Source: Candidatus Binatia bacterium
GTDB lineage: Bacteria > Desulfobacterota > Binatia > Bin18
Length of the DNA: 64,000 nucleotides
NCBI GenBank assembly: GCA_951812575.1
Contig: OX638322.1
Location: 1,237,925-1,301,924, forward strand
Reading direction: 5' to 3'
Positions 8,793 to 18,177 of this stretch are shown here, one piece after another (within the stretch, counting starts at the first letter, position 1; every line of letters starts with the position of its first letter). Both the position numbers and the translations under genes were made by a program. The notes beneath the pieces were generated by a model. The model saw only the letters and a program-made list of their open reading frames with translations, made no database searches and was not told the DNA's origin.

Positions 8793-10454
8793 ATGCTCGA
8801 ACGAATCTCGATCCTGTGCCTGAGCCTCGTGCTGGTGAGCGTCTGGGGCTGCTCGGCAACCCTCAGACGCCCCTCGGCCAAAGAATATTATCAGCAGGCA
8901 AGCGACTCTTTCACAGACGAGGACTATCTGGGAGCTTCCGATCAGTACCAGGAGTTGCTGGATCAATACCCACTCAACCCGTACGCTGAGGAAGCCCAGC
9001 TCAAAGCGGCCTATGGGCTGTTTATGGAAGAAAATTACGCCGAAGCCGTTGCGGCCTTTAAGGACTTTGAGCGGGCCTATCCGACCAGCAAGCATATGCC
9101 GTTTGTCAAATATTTTCTCGGTATTACGAATTATAGTCAGATTCGTTCCAAGGATCGTGACCAAGCCGTGACGCGCCGGGCGGACGGATTCTTTCAAGAG
9201 GTCATAGACCGATATCCGGAAAGTGCTTTCGTTCTCGAGGCTGAGGAAAAGAGCAAATCGGCGCGTGACATCCTGGCGGCCCACGAATTGATGGTGGCGA
9301 ACTTTAACGAAAAGCGCGACAATCTGACTGCCACAAAAGCCCGCCTGCGCAGCCTGATTGAGCAATACTCCGAAACGGATGCCACCGTGGAAGCCTTGGG
9401 TCGGCTCGAACAGATATTGAACGAAGAGGGTAACGTCGAGTTGGCCGAGCTGGCGGCCCGCGCTCAGTCTGCACGGAGAGCGGCCAGCCAGGCTCCCAGC
9501 GTGGAACCCCCCTTTTATTCCCCCCTATTAGGGGGGACACAGGGGGGTGAGGACGAGGTGACCGGCTCGGACGGTCTCCTCGTTGCCGGAGTCGATCCGT
9601 TATTGCTGCTCGTTTCCGAACTGAAAAAACAGGAGGAGGCAGAACGCCTGGCCCGGACGGAAGCGGATGCGGAAAGACTGGCAGCAGAAAAAGAGGCCGA
9701 GCAGGAGGAGCGGGCACTTGATGACGCCTTTGACGATGACCGCTCCTACGAAGTGGGTGACGATTATCGGGAAGTAGACTTGGAGGCCTTGGAAGCAGAG
9801 CGGGCCGCCCTGGAGACTCCCGACATTGAGGAGCTGGAATTCGACGTTGAGACAGACGATATCGGACCCTTGGAACTGACCGAGCAGGATGTAAAGAGGG
9901 AAGGTGTCCTTCCATCAGCCAGAGATGCTGGACACGTTTCCTCTTTCTCCGACGAGGACGATATTGATCTTTCTGACGATGACATCCTCACCCTTGACAT
10001 CGAGGACGACGCTATTGCGCTTGAGGAAGATGCTGAAGCCTTGGAAGCCGCTGGGGTGTTGGACGCTGAAGAAGAAGCTGGGGATGTCGTTGAAGAGATT
10101 GCTACAGTCGAGGACATGACTAGCGACGATGAGGTTGAAGGCGGCGCAGAGGTGGCCGAGGCAGAACCTGTCCTGAGCCCAGTCGAAGAGGAAGCCGAGG
10201 ACGACGAGGCAGTTATCGCAGTCGAGCAGAGTGAGCCGGTTGAGCTGGGTGAGTCAGAGGTTGAATACGCTGAAATAATAGATGAGGAGGCCGCCGCTTC
10301 CGACGTGCTCACGAACGGAGATGTCGCACTCAGCAAAAGAGGAAACGTTTCCTCCAATGATAGAGAGAGGCTGGAAACGTTCCCTCTTTCAGGACGGGAG
10401 GCCGTTCTGGGTATCGATATTGAGGAAATAGATTTCGAGTTTGAGGACGAATGA
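8793..10454 (+). CDS. bamD: BamD/YfiO-like outer-membrane assembly lipoprotein with ~330-aa acidic C-terminal extension
   Basis: Lipobox LVSVWGC. TPR-like N-terminal ~220 aa with the BamD-type pattern (YP.NPYAEEAQLK..Y, YPTSKH, RYPESAFV..A, AAHELMVANF). The remainder is D/E-rich low complexity. Confidence 0.65.
   Translation: MLERISILCLSLVLVSVWGCSATLRRPSAKEYYQQASDSFTDEDYLGASDQYQELLDQYPLNPYAEEAQLKAAYGLFMEENYAEAVAAFKDFERAYPTSKHMPFVKYFLGITNYSQIRSKDRDQAVTRRADGFFQEVIDRYPESAFVLEAEEKSKSARDILAAHELMVANFNEKRDNLTATKARLRSLIEQYSETDATVEALGRLEQILNEEGNVELAELAARAQSARRAASQAPSVEPPFYSPLLGGTQGGEDEVTGSDGLLVAGVDPLLLLVSELKKQEEAERLARTEADAERLAAEKEAEQEERALDDAFDDDRSYEVGDDYREVDLEALEAERAALETPDIEELEFDVETDDIGPLELTEQDVKREGVLPSARDAGHVSSFSDEDDIDLSDDDILTLDIEDDAIALEEDAEALEAAGVLDAEEEAGDVVEEIATVEDMTSDDEVEGGAEVAEAEPVLSPVEEEAEDDEAVIAVEQSEPVELGESEVEYAEIIDEEAAASDVLTNGDVALSKRGNVSSNDRERLETFPLSGREAVLGIDIEEIDFEFEDE
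9893..9947. repeat. ~55-bp palindromic interspersed element, copy b (inside the bamD-like CDS)
   Basis: AAAGAGGGAAGGTGTCCTTCC-loop-GGACACGTTTCCTCTTTC. Translated in frame as VKREGVLPSARDAGHVSSFS. Confidence 0.75.
10335..10390. repeat. ~55-bp palindromic interspersed element, copy a (inside the bamD-like CDS)
   Basis: AAAAGAGGAAACGTTTCCTCC-loop-GGAAACGTTCCCTCTTTC. Translated as KRGNVSSNDRERLETFPLS. Confidence 0.8.
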
Positions 10455-10488
10455 GACCTGTCGCCTGGGCAAAGAGTGAGCGTCGCCG

Positions 10489-10521
10489 AGCCTCTTTCCT
10501 CTTGGGAAGAGGCTTTTTATT
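10489..10521 (+). terminator. Rho-independent terminator after the bamD-like gene
   Basis: AGCCTCTT (10489-10496), a 10-nt loop, AAGAGGCT (10507-10514), followed by TTTTATT. Confidence 0.7.
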
Positions 10522-10542
10522 CTATTGGAAAAATAAGACAGC

Positions 10543-11307
10543 ATGAAACACGCCGCAGCCCCTGTTCCAAAGAGCGTCCGTGAGGGAAAAGTCCTGGTGG
10601 TCGGCGTCGGCGGCCTGGGCTCTCCGGCGGCATTGGCGCTCGCCCTGGCCGGGGTGGGAACGATTGGTCTGGTGGATTCGGACCGGGTCGAGCTGTCAAA
10701 CTTGCAACGGCAAATCCTGCACCTTACCCCGGATATTGGAAAGCCAAAGGTCGATTCGGCCAAGGAAAAAATTCAGCAACTCAACCCCGCGATAACAGTG
10801 GTGACCTATAACGAGTGGCTGCATGCGGCTAATCTCGCAGATATCTTTGCCGGCTATGATTTTATTATTGACGGGACGGACGGCGTGGCCACAAAGTTTC
10901 TGATCAATGACGGTGCCGTGCTGCTCAACAAACCACTCTCTCACGCTGGCATTGTCCAATTTCACGGTCAGGCATTGACGGTCTTACCCCATCGGACGAC
11001 GTGTTTGCGTTGCCTGTTCCCGGTCCCGCCTCATCCTGATGAGAATCCCACCTGCCAGGAGGCCGGCATCCTTGGCAGCCTGGCCGGCAGTCTGGGCGGC
11101 GTGCAGGCTGCCGAGGCTGTGAAATACCTGAGCGGAGCGGGGGAACTCCTGACCGACCGCTTACTGACCTATGACGCCCTGGCCTTACGCTGGCGAGAGG
11201 TCCGGGTGCGCCCCAGCCCGCACTGTCCGCTGTGCGGCACGCCGCGGACGATTACGGGCTTACAGCCCGAAGCCTATGAGTTGGAAAGACTCTGCACTCC
11301 TGTCTGA
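10543..11307 (+). CDS. ThiF/MoeB/HesA-family E1-like adenylyltransferase (intact)
   Basis: VLVVGVGGLGSPAALALALAGVGTIGLVDSDRVELSNLQRQILH (GxGxxG plus SNLxRQ). Two CxxC pairs (CLRC, CPLC). No rhodanese domain. Confidence 0.85.
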   Translation: MKHAAAPVPKSVREGKVLVVGVGGLGSPAALALALAGVGTIGLVDSDRVELSNLQRQILHLTPDIGKPKVDSAKEKIQQLNPAITVVTYNEWLHAANLADIFAGYDFIIDGTDGVATKFLINDGAVLLNKPLSHAGIVQFHGQALTVLPHRTTCLRCLFPVPPHPDENPTCQEAGILGSLAGSLGGVQAAEAVKYLSGAGELLTDRLLTYDALALRWREVRVRPSPHCPLCGTPRTITGLQPEAYELERLCTPV

Positions 11308-11405
11308 ATGAAAATCGGGCAGGGTGATTGTCAGACCGGCGCAAAAACGTAACAGTAGAAGCGCGAAAGAGTAGATGAGTGATTCTGAATCAGGAGGGAG
11401 TGCAT

Positions 11406-11717
11406 ATGAGTGCTCAGGTCCGTATCCCAACCCCGCTACGCCGCTTTACCGGCGGTGCGGAAGCAGTCTCGGCCGATGGAGCCACGGTTGGGGCCTTGGT
11501 CGATAGTATAGAGAGTAATCATCCTGGGATTAAGGAACGGTTGTGTGACGAGGCGGGCGAAGTCCGTCGCTTTGTCAATATCTTTGTAAATGGTGAAGAC
11601 ATTCGTTTTATCAACAATCTGGATACGCCGGTGAATGAGGGCGACGAAGTGTCTATCGTGCCTGCTATTGCCGGAGGCTCTTTTTGCCCCCGTCTCGCTA
11701 CGCTCGGCACCCCCTAG
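11406..11717 (+). CDS. MoaD/ThiS/CysO-type sulfur-carrier protein with a 12-residue extension after the GG motif
   Basis: ATG 11406 is preceded by AGGAGGGAG. The ~90-aa beta-grasp-like sequence ends ...GDEVSIVPAIAGG, followed by SFCPRLATLGTP and a stop. Confidence 0.7.
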   Translation: MSAQVRIPTPLRRFTGGAEAVSADGATVGALVDSIESNHPGIKERLCDEAGEVRRFVNIFVNGEDIRFINNLDTPVNEGDEVSIVPAIAGGSFCPRLATLGTP

Positions 11718-11737
11718 AGAAAAAAGGGGGGTAAAGC

Positions 11738-12799
11738 GTGTCACTCCTGCCGAAAAGAGTCAACGTGTCCTCCCAGGATAGAGAAGAGATGCTGGATACA
11801 TTTACTCTTTTTCCGACTGAGGGACCGCCGCCAGTCGGCCCCTTGCGTGTTCCGTCGGTTCTGCATCTGATTGGGAATACGCCGCTGCTTGAAATCACCC
11901 GGCTGAGTACGGACATTCCTCCAGGCGTCCGGGTCTATGCCAAACTCGAAGGTTTTAATCCCGGTGGATCGGTCAAAGATCGCCCCGCGCTGTGCATGCT
12001 CCAAAAAGGGATTGAGAGCGGCGCGCTGACCCCGGACAAGATTATTCTCGATTCCACCTCCGGGAATACCGGGATTGCGCTGGCCCTGATCGGAGCCGTG
12101 CTAGGCTACCCGGTCGAGCTGTGTATCCCGGCCAACGTCAGTATAGAGCGAAAAAAAATCATCTCCGCGTACGGGGCAAGAATGATTTTCAGCAGTCCCA
12201 TGGACGGCTCGGATGGCGCCTTGGAGCTATGTCGGGAGCGGCTGCAAGAGCGTCCCGAGCGCTATTTCAAACCGGATCAATACTTTAATCCACACAACTC
12301 GCTGGCTCACTACCAGACAACCGGGCCGGAGTTGTGGTGGCAGACCAAAGAGCAGATCACCCACTTTGTGGCCGGCATGGGCACCGGCGGCACCTTGATG
12401 GGAACCGGGCGCTATCTGAAGGAGAAAAACGCGGACATTCAGATTGTTGGGGTTGAACCGGATGATGCCTTTCACGGCCTTGAGGGGCTGAAGCATATGG
12501 ACAGTTCCATTGTGCCCGGCATCTACCATGAGGAGCAGCTTGACCGAAAGATCAGTGTTTCCACTGAAGACGCCTATGAAACGGTGTACCGGCTTGGTCG
12601 TAAAGAAGGGGTTTTGGTTGGCCAGTCATCCGGCGCGGCGATGTGGGCGGCACTCCAGGTGGCCCGTGAGATCAAGCAGGGAATAGTGGTGACGCTCTTC
12701 CCGGATTTTGGAGACAAATATCTCAGCACCAATCTGTGGATCGGCTGGAAAGAGTATAATCAGCGGCAAGCCCACACTCAGGCACAGGGAGCAGCGTGA
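11738..12799 (+). CDS. cysM: PLP-dependent cysteine synthase (CysK/CysM family)
   Basis: LIGNTPLLEI...KLEGFNPGGSVKDRPA...DSTSGNTGIALA, the typical PALP/CysM pattern. The start is uncertain: GTG 11738 or ATG 11789, which lies inside palindromic element copy c. Confidence 0.85.
   Translation: MSLLPKRVNVSSQDREEMLDTFTLFPTEGPPPVGPLRVPSVLHLIGNTPLLEITRLSTDIPPGVRVYAKLEGFNPGGSVKDRPALCMLQKGIESGALTPDKIILDSTSGNTGIALALIGAVLGYPVELCIPANVSIERKKIISAYGARMIFSSPMDGSDGALELCRERLQERPERYFKPDQYFNPHNSLAHYQTTGPELWWQTKEQITHFVAGMGTGGTLMGTGRYLKEKNADIQIVGVEPDDAFHGLEGLKHMDSSIVPGIYHEEQLDRKISVSTEDAYETVYRLGRKEGVLVGQSSGAAMWAALQVAREIKQGIVVTLFPDFGDKYLSTNLWIGWKEYNQRQAHTQAQGAA
11753..11812. repeat. ~55-bp palindromic interspersed element, copy c (degenerate; 5-prime end of cysM)
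   Basis: AAAAGAGTCAACGTGTCCTCC-loop-GGATACATTTACTCTTTTT. Reads as KRVNVSSQDREEMLDTFTLF in the ORF frame. Confidence 0.65.
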
Positions 12800-12809
12800 C
12801 GGAGACATT

Positions 12810-12874
12810 GGGGTCCGTTGGGTCAAGACCCTATAGACCCTACAGACTCAATAGACCCTATAGACTCTATAGAT
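12810..12874. repeat. 9-bp-periodic palindromic element, copy 1
   Basis: GGGGTCCGTTGGGTCAA, then GACCCTATA GACCCTACA GACTCAATA GACCCTATA GACTCTATA. Lies between the cysM stop and ATG 12875. Confidence 0.75.
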
Positions 12875-13633
12875 ATGCTCGAAGACGCTCAGATCGAACG
12901 CTATAGCCGACAGATCATTCTGCCCCGGGTTGGCGGAAGGGGGCAGGAAAAACTGCTTCGGAGTCAGGTGTATGTAGACGGGGACGGGCTGCTCGCTACC
13001 GCTGCGCTTTTTTATCTCGTCGCGGCCGGCGTTGGGACTATTGGCGTGGCGCGGGCCAAAGCCGCTCCAATCTTTTCCGCTCTTGCGGAGCAATCCCTGG
13101 GACCGGATGAGCAACCGCTGGCACACACCCTCAGGCGTCTGAATCCTGATTGTAGCATTGTGACCCATCTGGATGAGGACGAACAACCGGCTCACCACTA
13201 TGATCTGGTTCTGGCAACAACGGATGCATTGCACGATGGGTGGTACGCTCGGCACAAGCCGTTTGTGTGGGGAGCGGCCAGCGGAGAAGGCGCCTGTTTA
13301 TTCGTGAGTCGGGGAGACAGGGCTGACCGGCCCTGCCTGCGCTGTCTCTTCTCGGAACACCCACCCCGGCCCTATCGGGCCACCCCTCCAAGGAGGGGAG
13401 AGAAAACCGTCCCCGACCCGCTTGACTCTCCATACGCGCTCTTTTTGGGTACCCAACTCGTTACCGAAGCCCTGAAAATCATCCTCCAGCCTGAGGCGGA
13501 GAGCCCGCCAAAACTGTTGGCCTATACATTCCCGGCGTTTCACTGTACCGAGCAGACGGTTGAGAAGAACCCGCACTGCTCGGTCTGTTCGACACAAGCC
13601 CATGCCTGTCCTGAGCCTCGCCGAAGGAATTGA
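12875..13633 (+). CDS. Degenerate ThiF/MoeB-family paralogue (predicted inactive E1-like protein)
   Basis: Begins [25 protein letters not shown] like ThiF/MoeB. GxGxxG is replaced by VDGDGLLA and the D.D.V..SNL.RQ block by [15 protein letters not shown]. It keeps CLRCLF and CSVC. TTG 12818 (ORF track) is a less likely start. Confidence 0.65.
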   Translation: MLEDAQIERYSRQIILPRVGGRGQEKLLRSQVYVDGDGLLATAALFYLVAAGVGTIGVARAKAAPIFSALAEQSLGPDEQPLAHTLRRLNPDCSIVTHLDEDEQPAHHYDLVLATTDALHDGWYARHKPFVWGAASGEGACLFVSRGDRADRPCLRCLFSEHPPRPYRATPPRRGEKTVPDPLDSPYALFLGTQLVTEALKIILQPEAESPPKLLAYTFPAFHCTEQTVEKNPHCSVCSTQAHACPEPRRRN

Positions 13634-13646
13634 GGAAGGAGCGGAC

Positions 13647-14594
13647 GTGGAGACCCAGGGGCCTCAGCCCGCCTCGAATAAAAAGAATTCCTATTCCCTC
13701 ACGCACCTCAAGTGTCTTGAGGCTGAAAGTATTCATATCATTCGTGAGGTGGCGGCGGAGTTTGATCGCCCGGTCATGCTGTACTCCATCGGCAAAGATT
13801 CGGCGGTCATGCTGCATCTGGCACGAAAAGCGTTCGCACCGGGGACACTGCCCTTCCCTCTGATGCATATTGATACGACCTGGAAATTCCGGGAGATGAT
13901 CGCCTTCCGCGAGACCTACATCAGACACGAACTCGGCCTCGACCTCATCGTGTATATTAACCGGGACGGGGTCACAGCAGGCATCGGCCCCATTACGCAT
14001 GGGTCCAAAAAACACACCGACGTGATGAAGACGCAGGCCCTCAAACAGGCGCTCGATCAGTACGGGTTTGACGCGGCTTTTGGGGGCGCCCGGCGGGATG
14101 AAGAGAAATCACGAGCCAAAGAACGGGTGTATTCGTTCCGTGACCGTAACCATCGCTGGGACCCCAAGAACCAGCGTCCCGAGCTGTGGAATCTGTACAA
14201 CTCCACGCTTGATAAAGGCGAGAGCATCCGGGTTTTTCCCTTATCGAACTGGACCGAGCTGGATGTCTGGCAGTATATCTACCGCGAAAACATCCCGATT
14301 GTTCCGCTGTACTTTGCCAAGGAACGTCCGGTTGTCGAGCGCGACGGAGTGCTCATTATGGTTGACGATGATCGTCTACCGCTCAACCCGGGCGAACGGC
14401 CGCAGTTGAAAAAAGTCCGCTTTCGCACCCTGGGCTGCTATCCGCTGACGGGGGCGATTGAATCCGAGGCAGACACCCTGCCGCTGATTATTCAGGAAAT
14501 GCTGCTGGCAACGCGGTCCGAACGGCAGGGCCGTGTCATTGATTTTGACCAGTCCGGCTCCATGGAAGAGAAAAAAAAGGAAGGCTACTTCTAA
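13647..14594 (+). CDS. cysD: Sulfate adenylyltransferase subunit 2
   Basis: [42 protein letters not shown] matches the CysD N-terminus. GTG 13647 has GGAAGGAG 5 nt upstream. The ORF-track start 13560 overlaps the preceding gene. Confidence 0.9.
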   Translation: METQGPQPASNKKNSYSLTHLKCLEAESIHIIREVAAEFDRPVMLYSIGKDSAVMLHLARKAFAPGTLPFPLMHIDTTWKFREMIAFRETYIRHELGLDLIVYINRDGVTAGIGPITHGSKKHTDVMKTQALKQALDQYGFDAAFGGARRDEEKSRAKERVYSFRDRNHRWDPKNQRPELWNLYNSTLDKGESIRVFPLSNWTELDVWQYIYRENIPIVPLYFAKERPVVERDGVLIMVDDDRLPLNPGERPQLKKVRFRTLGCYPLTGAIESEADTLPLIIQEMLLATRSERQGRVIDFDQSGSMEEKKKEGYF

Positions 14595-14602
14595 ATAGCA
14601 GG

Positions 14603-16543
14603 ATGTCTCACCAATCCGACCTGATCGCGACCGATATCGAAGCCTATCTCGCCCAGCATGAGCGCAAGGACCTGCTACGCTTTCTGACCTGCGGCAGCGT
14701 GGACGACGGCAAGAGCACCCTGATCGGCCGGCTCCTGTACGACTCCAAGCTGATCTATGAGGATCAGCTTGAGGCGATAAAAAAAGACTCGGTTCGACAT
14801 GGCACGACCGACACGGAGTTTGATCCCGCCCTGCTGACCGACGGCCTCAAGGCCGAACGCGAACAGGGCATCACCATCGATGTCGCCTATCGCTATTTTT
14901 CGACCGCCAAACGCAAATTCATTATTGCCGACACCCCAGGCCACGAGCAGTACACCCGGAATATGGCGACCGGCGCGTCAACCTGCGACCTGGCCATTAT
15001 CCTGATTGATGCCCGCCACGGGGTCCTGACCCAGACCCGGCGGCACAGCTTTATCACCTCGCTCTTGGGGATCAAGCACATCATTGTTGCCGTCAACAAG
15101 ATGGACTTGGTGGACTACAGCCAGGAGGTCTTTGAGCGGATTGTCAAAGACTATACCGACTTTGCCGCCAGACTGGAGCTGAACGATGTGCGTTTCCTGC
15201 CCATGGCGGCGCTGCGCGGCGATAACGTGGTGCACACAAGCGAGCATATGCCGTGGTATACGGGCAGCCCGCTGATGCACCTCTTGGAGCAGGTCTATAT
15301 TGCCTCGGATGCCAATCTGATCGACTTTCGCTTTCCGGTCCAATACGTCAATCGTCCCAACCCGGACTTCCGTGGTTTTTGTGGCACGGTGGCCTCGGGC
15401 ATCGTGCGGCCGGGCGACGAGGTCATGGTGTTCCCGTCACGCAAAACAAGCCGGGTGAAAGCCATCCATACCTTTGAGGGGGAACTGGAGCAGGCCATGC
15501 CGCCGCTGGCCGTGACCCTGACGCTTGAAGACGAGATCGACGTCAGTCGCGGAGATATGCTCGTTCACCCCAACAATATCCCCCTCATCGCCACGCACTT
15601 TGAAGCCATGCTGGTCTGGATGGCCGAGGAGCCCCTGCAGCCCGGCAGGCAGTATTTTCTCAAGCAGACCACCACCATGGCGCCTGGGGTCATTACCGAT
15701 GTGCGGTATCGTATAGACGTGAATACCCTCCACCGGGAAGACGCCGCGCAACTGACACTCAATGAAATCGGACGGTGCGCCTTTGCGCTCGAAAAGCCGA
15801 TTGCCTGTGACCCCTACCGCAAGAACCGCGCGTCTGGGGCGTTTGTCGTCATAGACCGCCTGACCAATAACACGGTCGGCGCCGGGATGATCATCGACCG
15901 AAATCAGTCTTTTGGGTCGGTTGAGTCAAGACTCAATGGACCCAATGACTCAACGGACCCAACGGACCCAAAAGACCCAACGGACCCGATGGCCGAGCGC
16001 GAGCAGGCCCTGCAACAGCACGCGCTCACGGTCTGGCTGACGGGTTTGTCCGGCTCCGGAAAATCGTCCATTGCGGAACGACTTGAGCAGCGTCTGCATA
16101 CCGAAGGGTTCCACGCCTATCGGCTCGACGGCGACAATCTGCGCCTGGGACTGAATCGGGACCTGGCCTTTTCCAAAGCCGACCGCGCAGAAAATATTCG
16201 CCGCATTGCCGAGGTCGCGCGACTCTTTAACCAGGCCGGGCTCATCGTCCTGGTGCCGGTCATTGCCCCCTTTCAGACAGACCGGCAACACGCGGCGGAG
16301 ATCGTCGGCGCGGACCGCTTTTTTGAGGTGTATGTGGACACCCCGCTTGAAGTATGCGAGGAGCGCGATGTGAAAGGGCTGTATCACAAGGCGCGGGCAG
16401 GGGAGGTTGCAGACTTTACCGGTATCTCCTCTCCATATGAACCACCGCCAGCGCCGGCACTCCGGCTGACGACGGTTGGCCACACCGTCGAGGAATCGAC
16501 CCAAGCCGTGTTCCAGGCGATCGCGGCTCGTATCCGGCTGTAG
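14603..16543 (+). CDS. cysNC: Bifunctional sulfate adenylyltransferase subunit 1 / APS kinase
   Basis: N-terminal GTPase ([21 protein letters not shown]). C-terminal APS kinase P-loop [11 protein letters not shown]. Confidence 0.9.
   Translation: MSHQSDLIATDIEAYLAQHERKDLLRFLTCGSVDDGKSTLIGRLLYDSKLIYEDQLEAIKKDSVRHGTTDTEFDPALLTDGLKAEREQGITIDVAYRYFSTAKRKFIIADTPGHEQYTRNMATGASTCDLAIILIDARHGVLTQTRRHSFITSLLGIKHIIVAVNKMDLVDYSQEVFERIVKDYTDFAARLELNDVRFLPMAALRGDNVVHTSEHMPWYTGSPLMHLLEQVYIASDANLIDFRFPVQYVNRPNPDFRGFCGTVASGIVRPGDEVMVFPSRKTSRVKAIHTFEGELEQAMPPLAVTLTLEDEIDVSRGDMLVHPNNIPLIATHFEAMLVWMAEEPLQPGRQYFLKQTTTMAPGVITDVRYRIDVNTLHREDAAQLTLNEIGRCAFALEKPIACDPYRKNRASGAFVVIDRLTNNTVGAGMIIDRNQSFGSVESRLNGPNDSTDPTDPKDPTDPMAEREQALQQHALTVWLTGLSGSGKSSIAERLEQRLHTEGFHAYRLDGDNLRLGLNRDLAFSKADRAENIRRIAEVARLFNQAGLIVLVPVIAPFQTDRQHAAEIVGADRFFEVYVDTPLEVCEERDVKGLYHKARAGEVADFTGISSPYEPPPAPALRLTTVGHTVEESTQAVFQAIAARIRL
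15905..15990. repeat. 9-bp-periodic palindromic element, copy 2 (in frame in the CysN-CysC linker)
   Basis: CAGTCTTTTGGGTCGGTTGAGTCAA, then GACTCAATG GACCCAAT GACTCAACG GACCCAACG GACCCAAAA GACCCAACG GACCCGATG. Encodes [27 protein letters not shown]. Confidence 0.8.
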
Positions 16544-16591
16544 GCGACTGTCTGTCCGCCCGCCTTATACATATCTTCTTGAGGAGGTTGG

Positions 16592-18166
16592 ATGGTTGAT
16601 CTCAAGCGTATCATCACGACGGGGGTTCTTGTTCTGACGTGTACGCTACCCGCGGCAGGTCAGGATCAGGAAGAAGTCCATTTCCGGACGCCAACCCAAA
16701 CCGTGGAGGAGCAGTTTCTGTTTCTGAGGAAAGGGATTCAGGCAGAATATTTTTCGCGTGAAGTCGGCCAGGACTGGGATCAGATGGTGTTCTGGCCGCA
16801 CGGGGCCGCTCGCCCAACCCATCTGGTCGGCTGTATTGAAGAAGTCCTCGACTGTTTGAGCGGCGACTGTGGTGAGTCCTTTGTTGTTGGGGATAAACTG
16901 ACACCGAGCGTCCAGGTCATTGACTTGCAGACCCGGACGGTCACCACCCTGGTGCGTGGGATGACGATTTGCGACGGGATCAGGACGACATCCTGGGGCA
17001 CGGTGATCGCAACGGAAGAGGACTTCGTCAGCGACACCGGGGCGGTATACGAAATCCTCGATCCGCTGACGAATGACGAGTTTACCATCCTTGAACGCGG
17101 CAGTGGCGACGCTCCGGCCCGGATCGTGGATCAGACCGGACAGGACGCCTCGGACCGCATTATCAAGCGCACAGCATTCCCGGTGATTCGATACGAAGGC
17201 TTCCTGGTGCATGAAACCGGCGTGGTGATTGCGGGCGACGAAGAACGGCCCGGCAGCTATCAGCCGGGCGATACCGACGGCGGCGGCGTGTATAAATTCA
17301 TCCCCACTCATCTGTACGACCCCGACACCGGGCCTGTTGCCTCCCTCGATACATCCCCCTTGATCGCAGGCACAACATACGCGCTGCAAGTGTCGTGTCG
17401 GGACGACCTCCAGCAGTTCGGCCAGGGCTGCGAGATTGGCAACGGCGCCTGGATTTCACTCACACCAACCGCCGCATCCGAGAGCAGTACTGATACGGGC
17501 AAAACCCGCACTGGGCGCGAGGCCGCCAATGCGGCTGGGGCAACGGGCTATTACCGTCCCGAAGACCTCCATCGTGACCCGATGTTCAGCGACCCCGACC
17601 GGCCCGCTGCCGTTCGCTTCTGTTTTGCCGTTACCGGGAACCATGCCGGCAGCAACTATGGCGAGGTACAGTGCGCGATTGACCGGGATGTGACTGCGGC
17701 AACCGGGGCAACGGGGGAAATCGTGCTGAACCGTTTCATTGAAGGCAGCCCCGAATTCAGTCAGCCGGACAATCTGGCCTTTCAGCCGATAACGGGGGTG
17801 CTGTTTGTTGTCGAGGACAATGGGACGAGCCAGGGCAATAGCGATATATGGGCCTGTCTGCCGGACGGCGCGGACGACGATATCAAGTCTGACGGCTGTG
17901 TGCGGCTGCTCAAAATTGCCGATGGTTCTGCCGAGTCAACCGGTTTTCTCTTCACGCCGGATGGCACCGAGGCGTATTTTGCGATCCAGCATAGTGCCGA
18001 CGGTAATATGCCCTTGGTGGACGATTTTCAGACCGATGACCTCATCCGGCTGTCCGGGTTTCGGGTCAGACCCATGCAGTATGATTTTGGCGCACGGACA
18101 GCGTACCGTCTCGAAAGGCAGTCCTATCGCTATTTCGGTTTTGGAGCCGAAAACCAAATCGAGTAG
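16592..18166 (+). CDS. Secreted DUF839/PhoX-like beta-propeller protein
   Basis: Signal peptide IITTGVLVLTCTLPAAG. Motifs YYRPEDLHRDP, QPDNLAFQP.TGVLFVVEDN and ESTGFLFTPDGTEAYFAIQH resemble the DUF839/PhoX family. Confidence 0.5.
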   Translation: MVDLKRIITTGVLVLTCTLPAAGQDQEEVHFRTPTQTVEEQFLFLRKGIQAEYFSREVGQDWDQMVFWPHGAARPTHLVGCIEEVLDCLSGDCGESFVVGDKLTPSVQVIDLQTRTVTTLVRGMTICDGIRTTSWGTVIATEEDFVSDTGAVYEILDPLTNDEFTILERGSGDAPARIVDQTGQDASDRIIKRTAFPVIRYEGFLVHETGVVIAGDEERPGSYQPGDTDGGGVYKFIPTHLYDPDTGPVASLDTSPLIAGTTYALQVSCRDDLQQFGQGCEIGNGAWISLTPTAASESSTDTGKTRTGREAANAAGATGYYRPEDLHRDPMFSDPDRPAAVRFCFAVTGNHAGSNYGEVQCAIDRDVTAATGATGEIVLNRFIEGSPEFSQPDNLAFQPITGVLFVVEDNGTSQGNSDIWACLPDGADDDIKSDGCVRLLKIADGSAESTGFLFTPDGTEAYFAIQHSADGNMPLVDDFQTDDLIRLSGFRVRPMQYDFGARTAYRLERQSYRYFGFGAENQIE

Positions 18167-18177
18167 CTCTGAGCACG

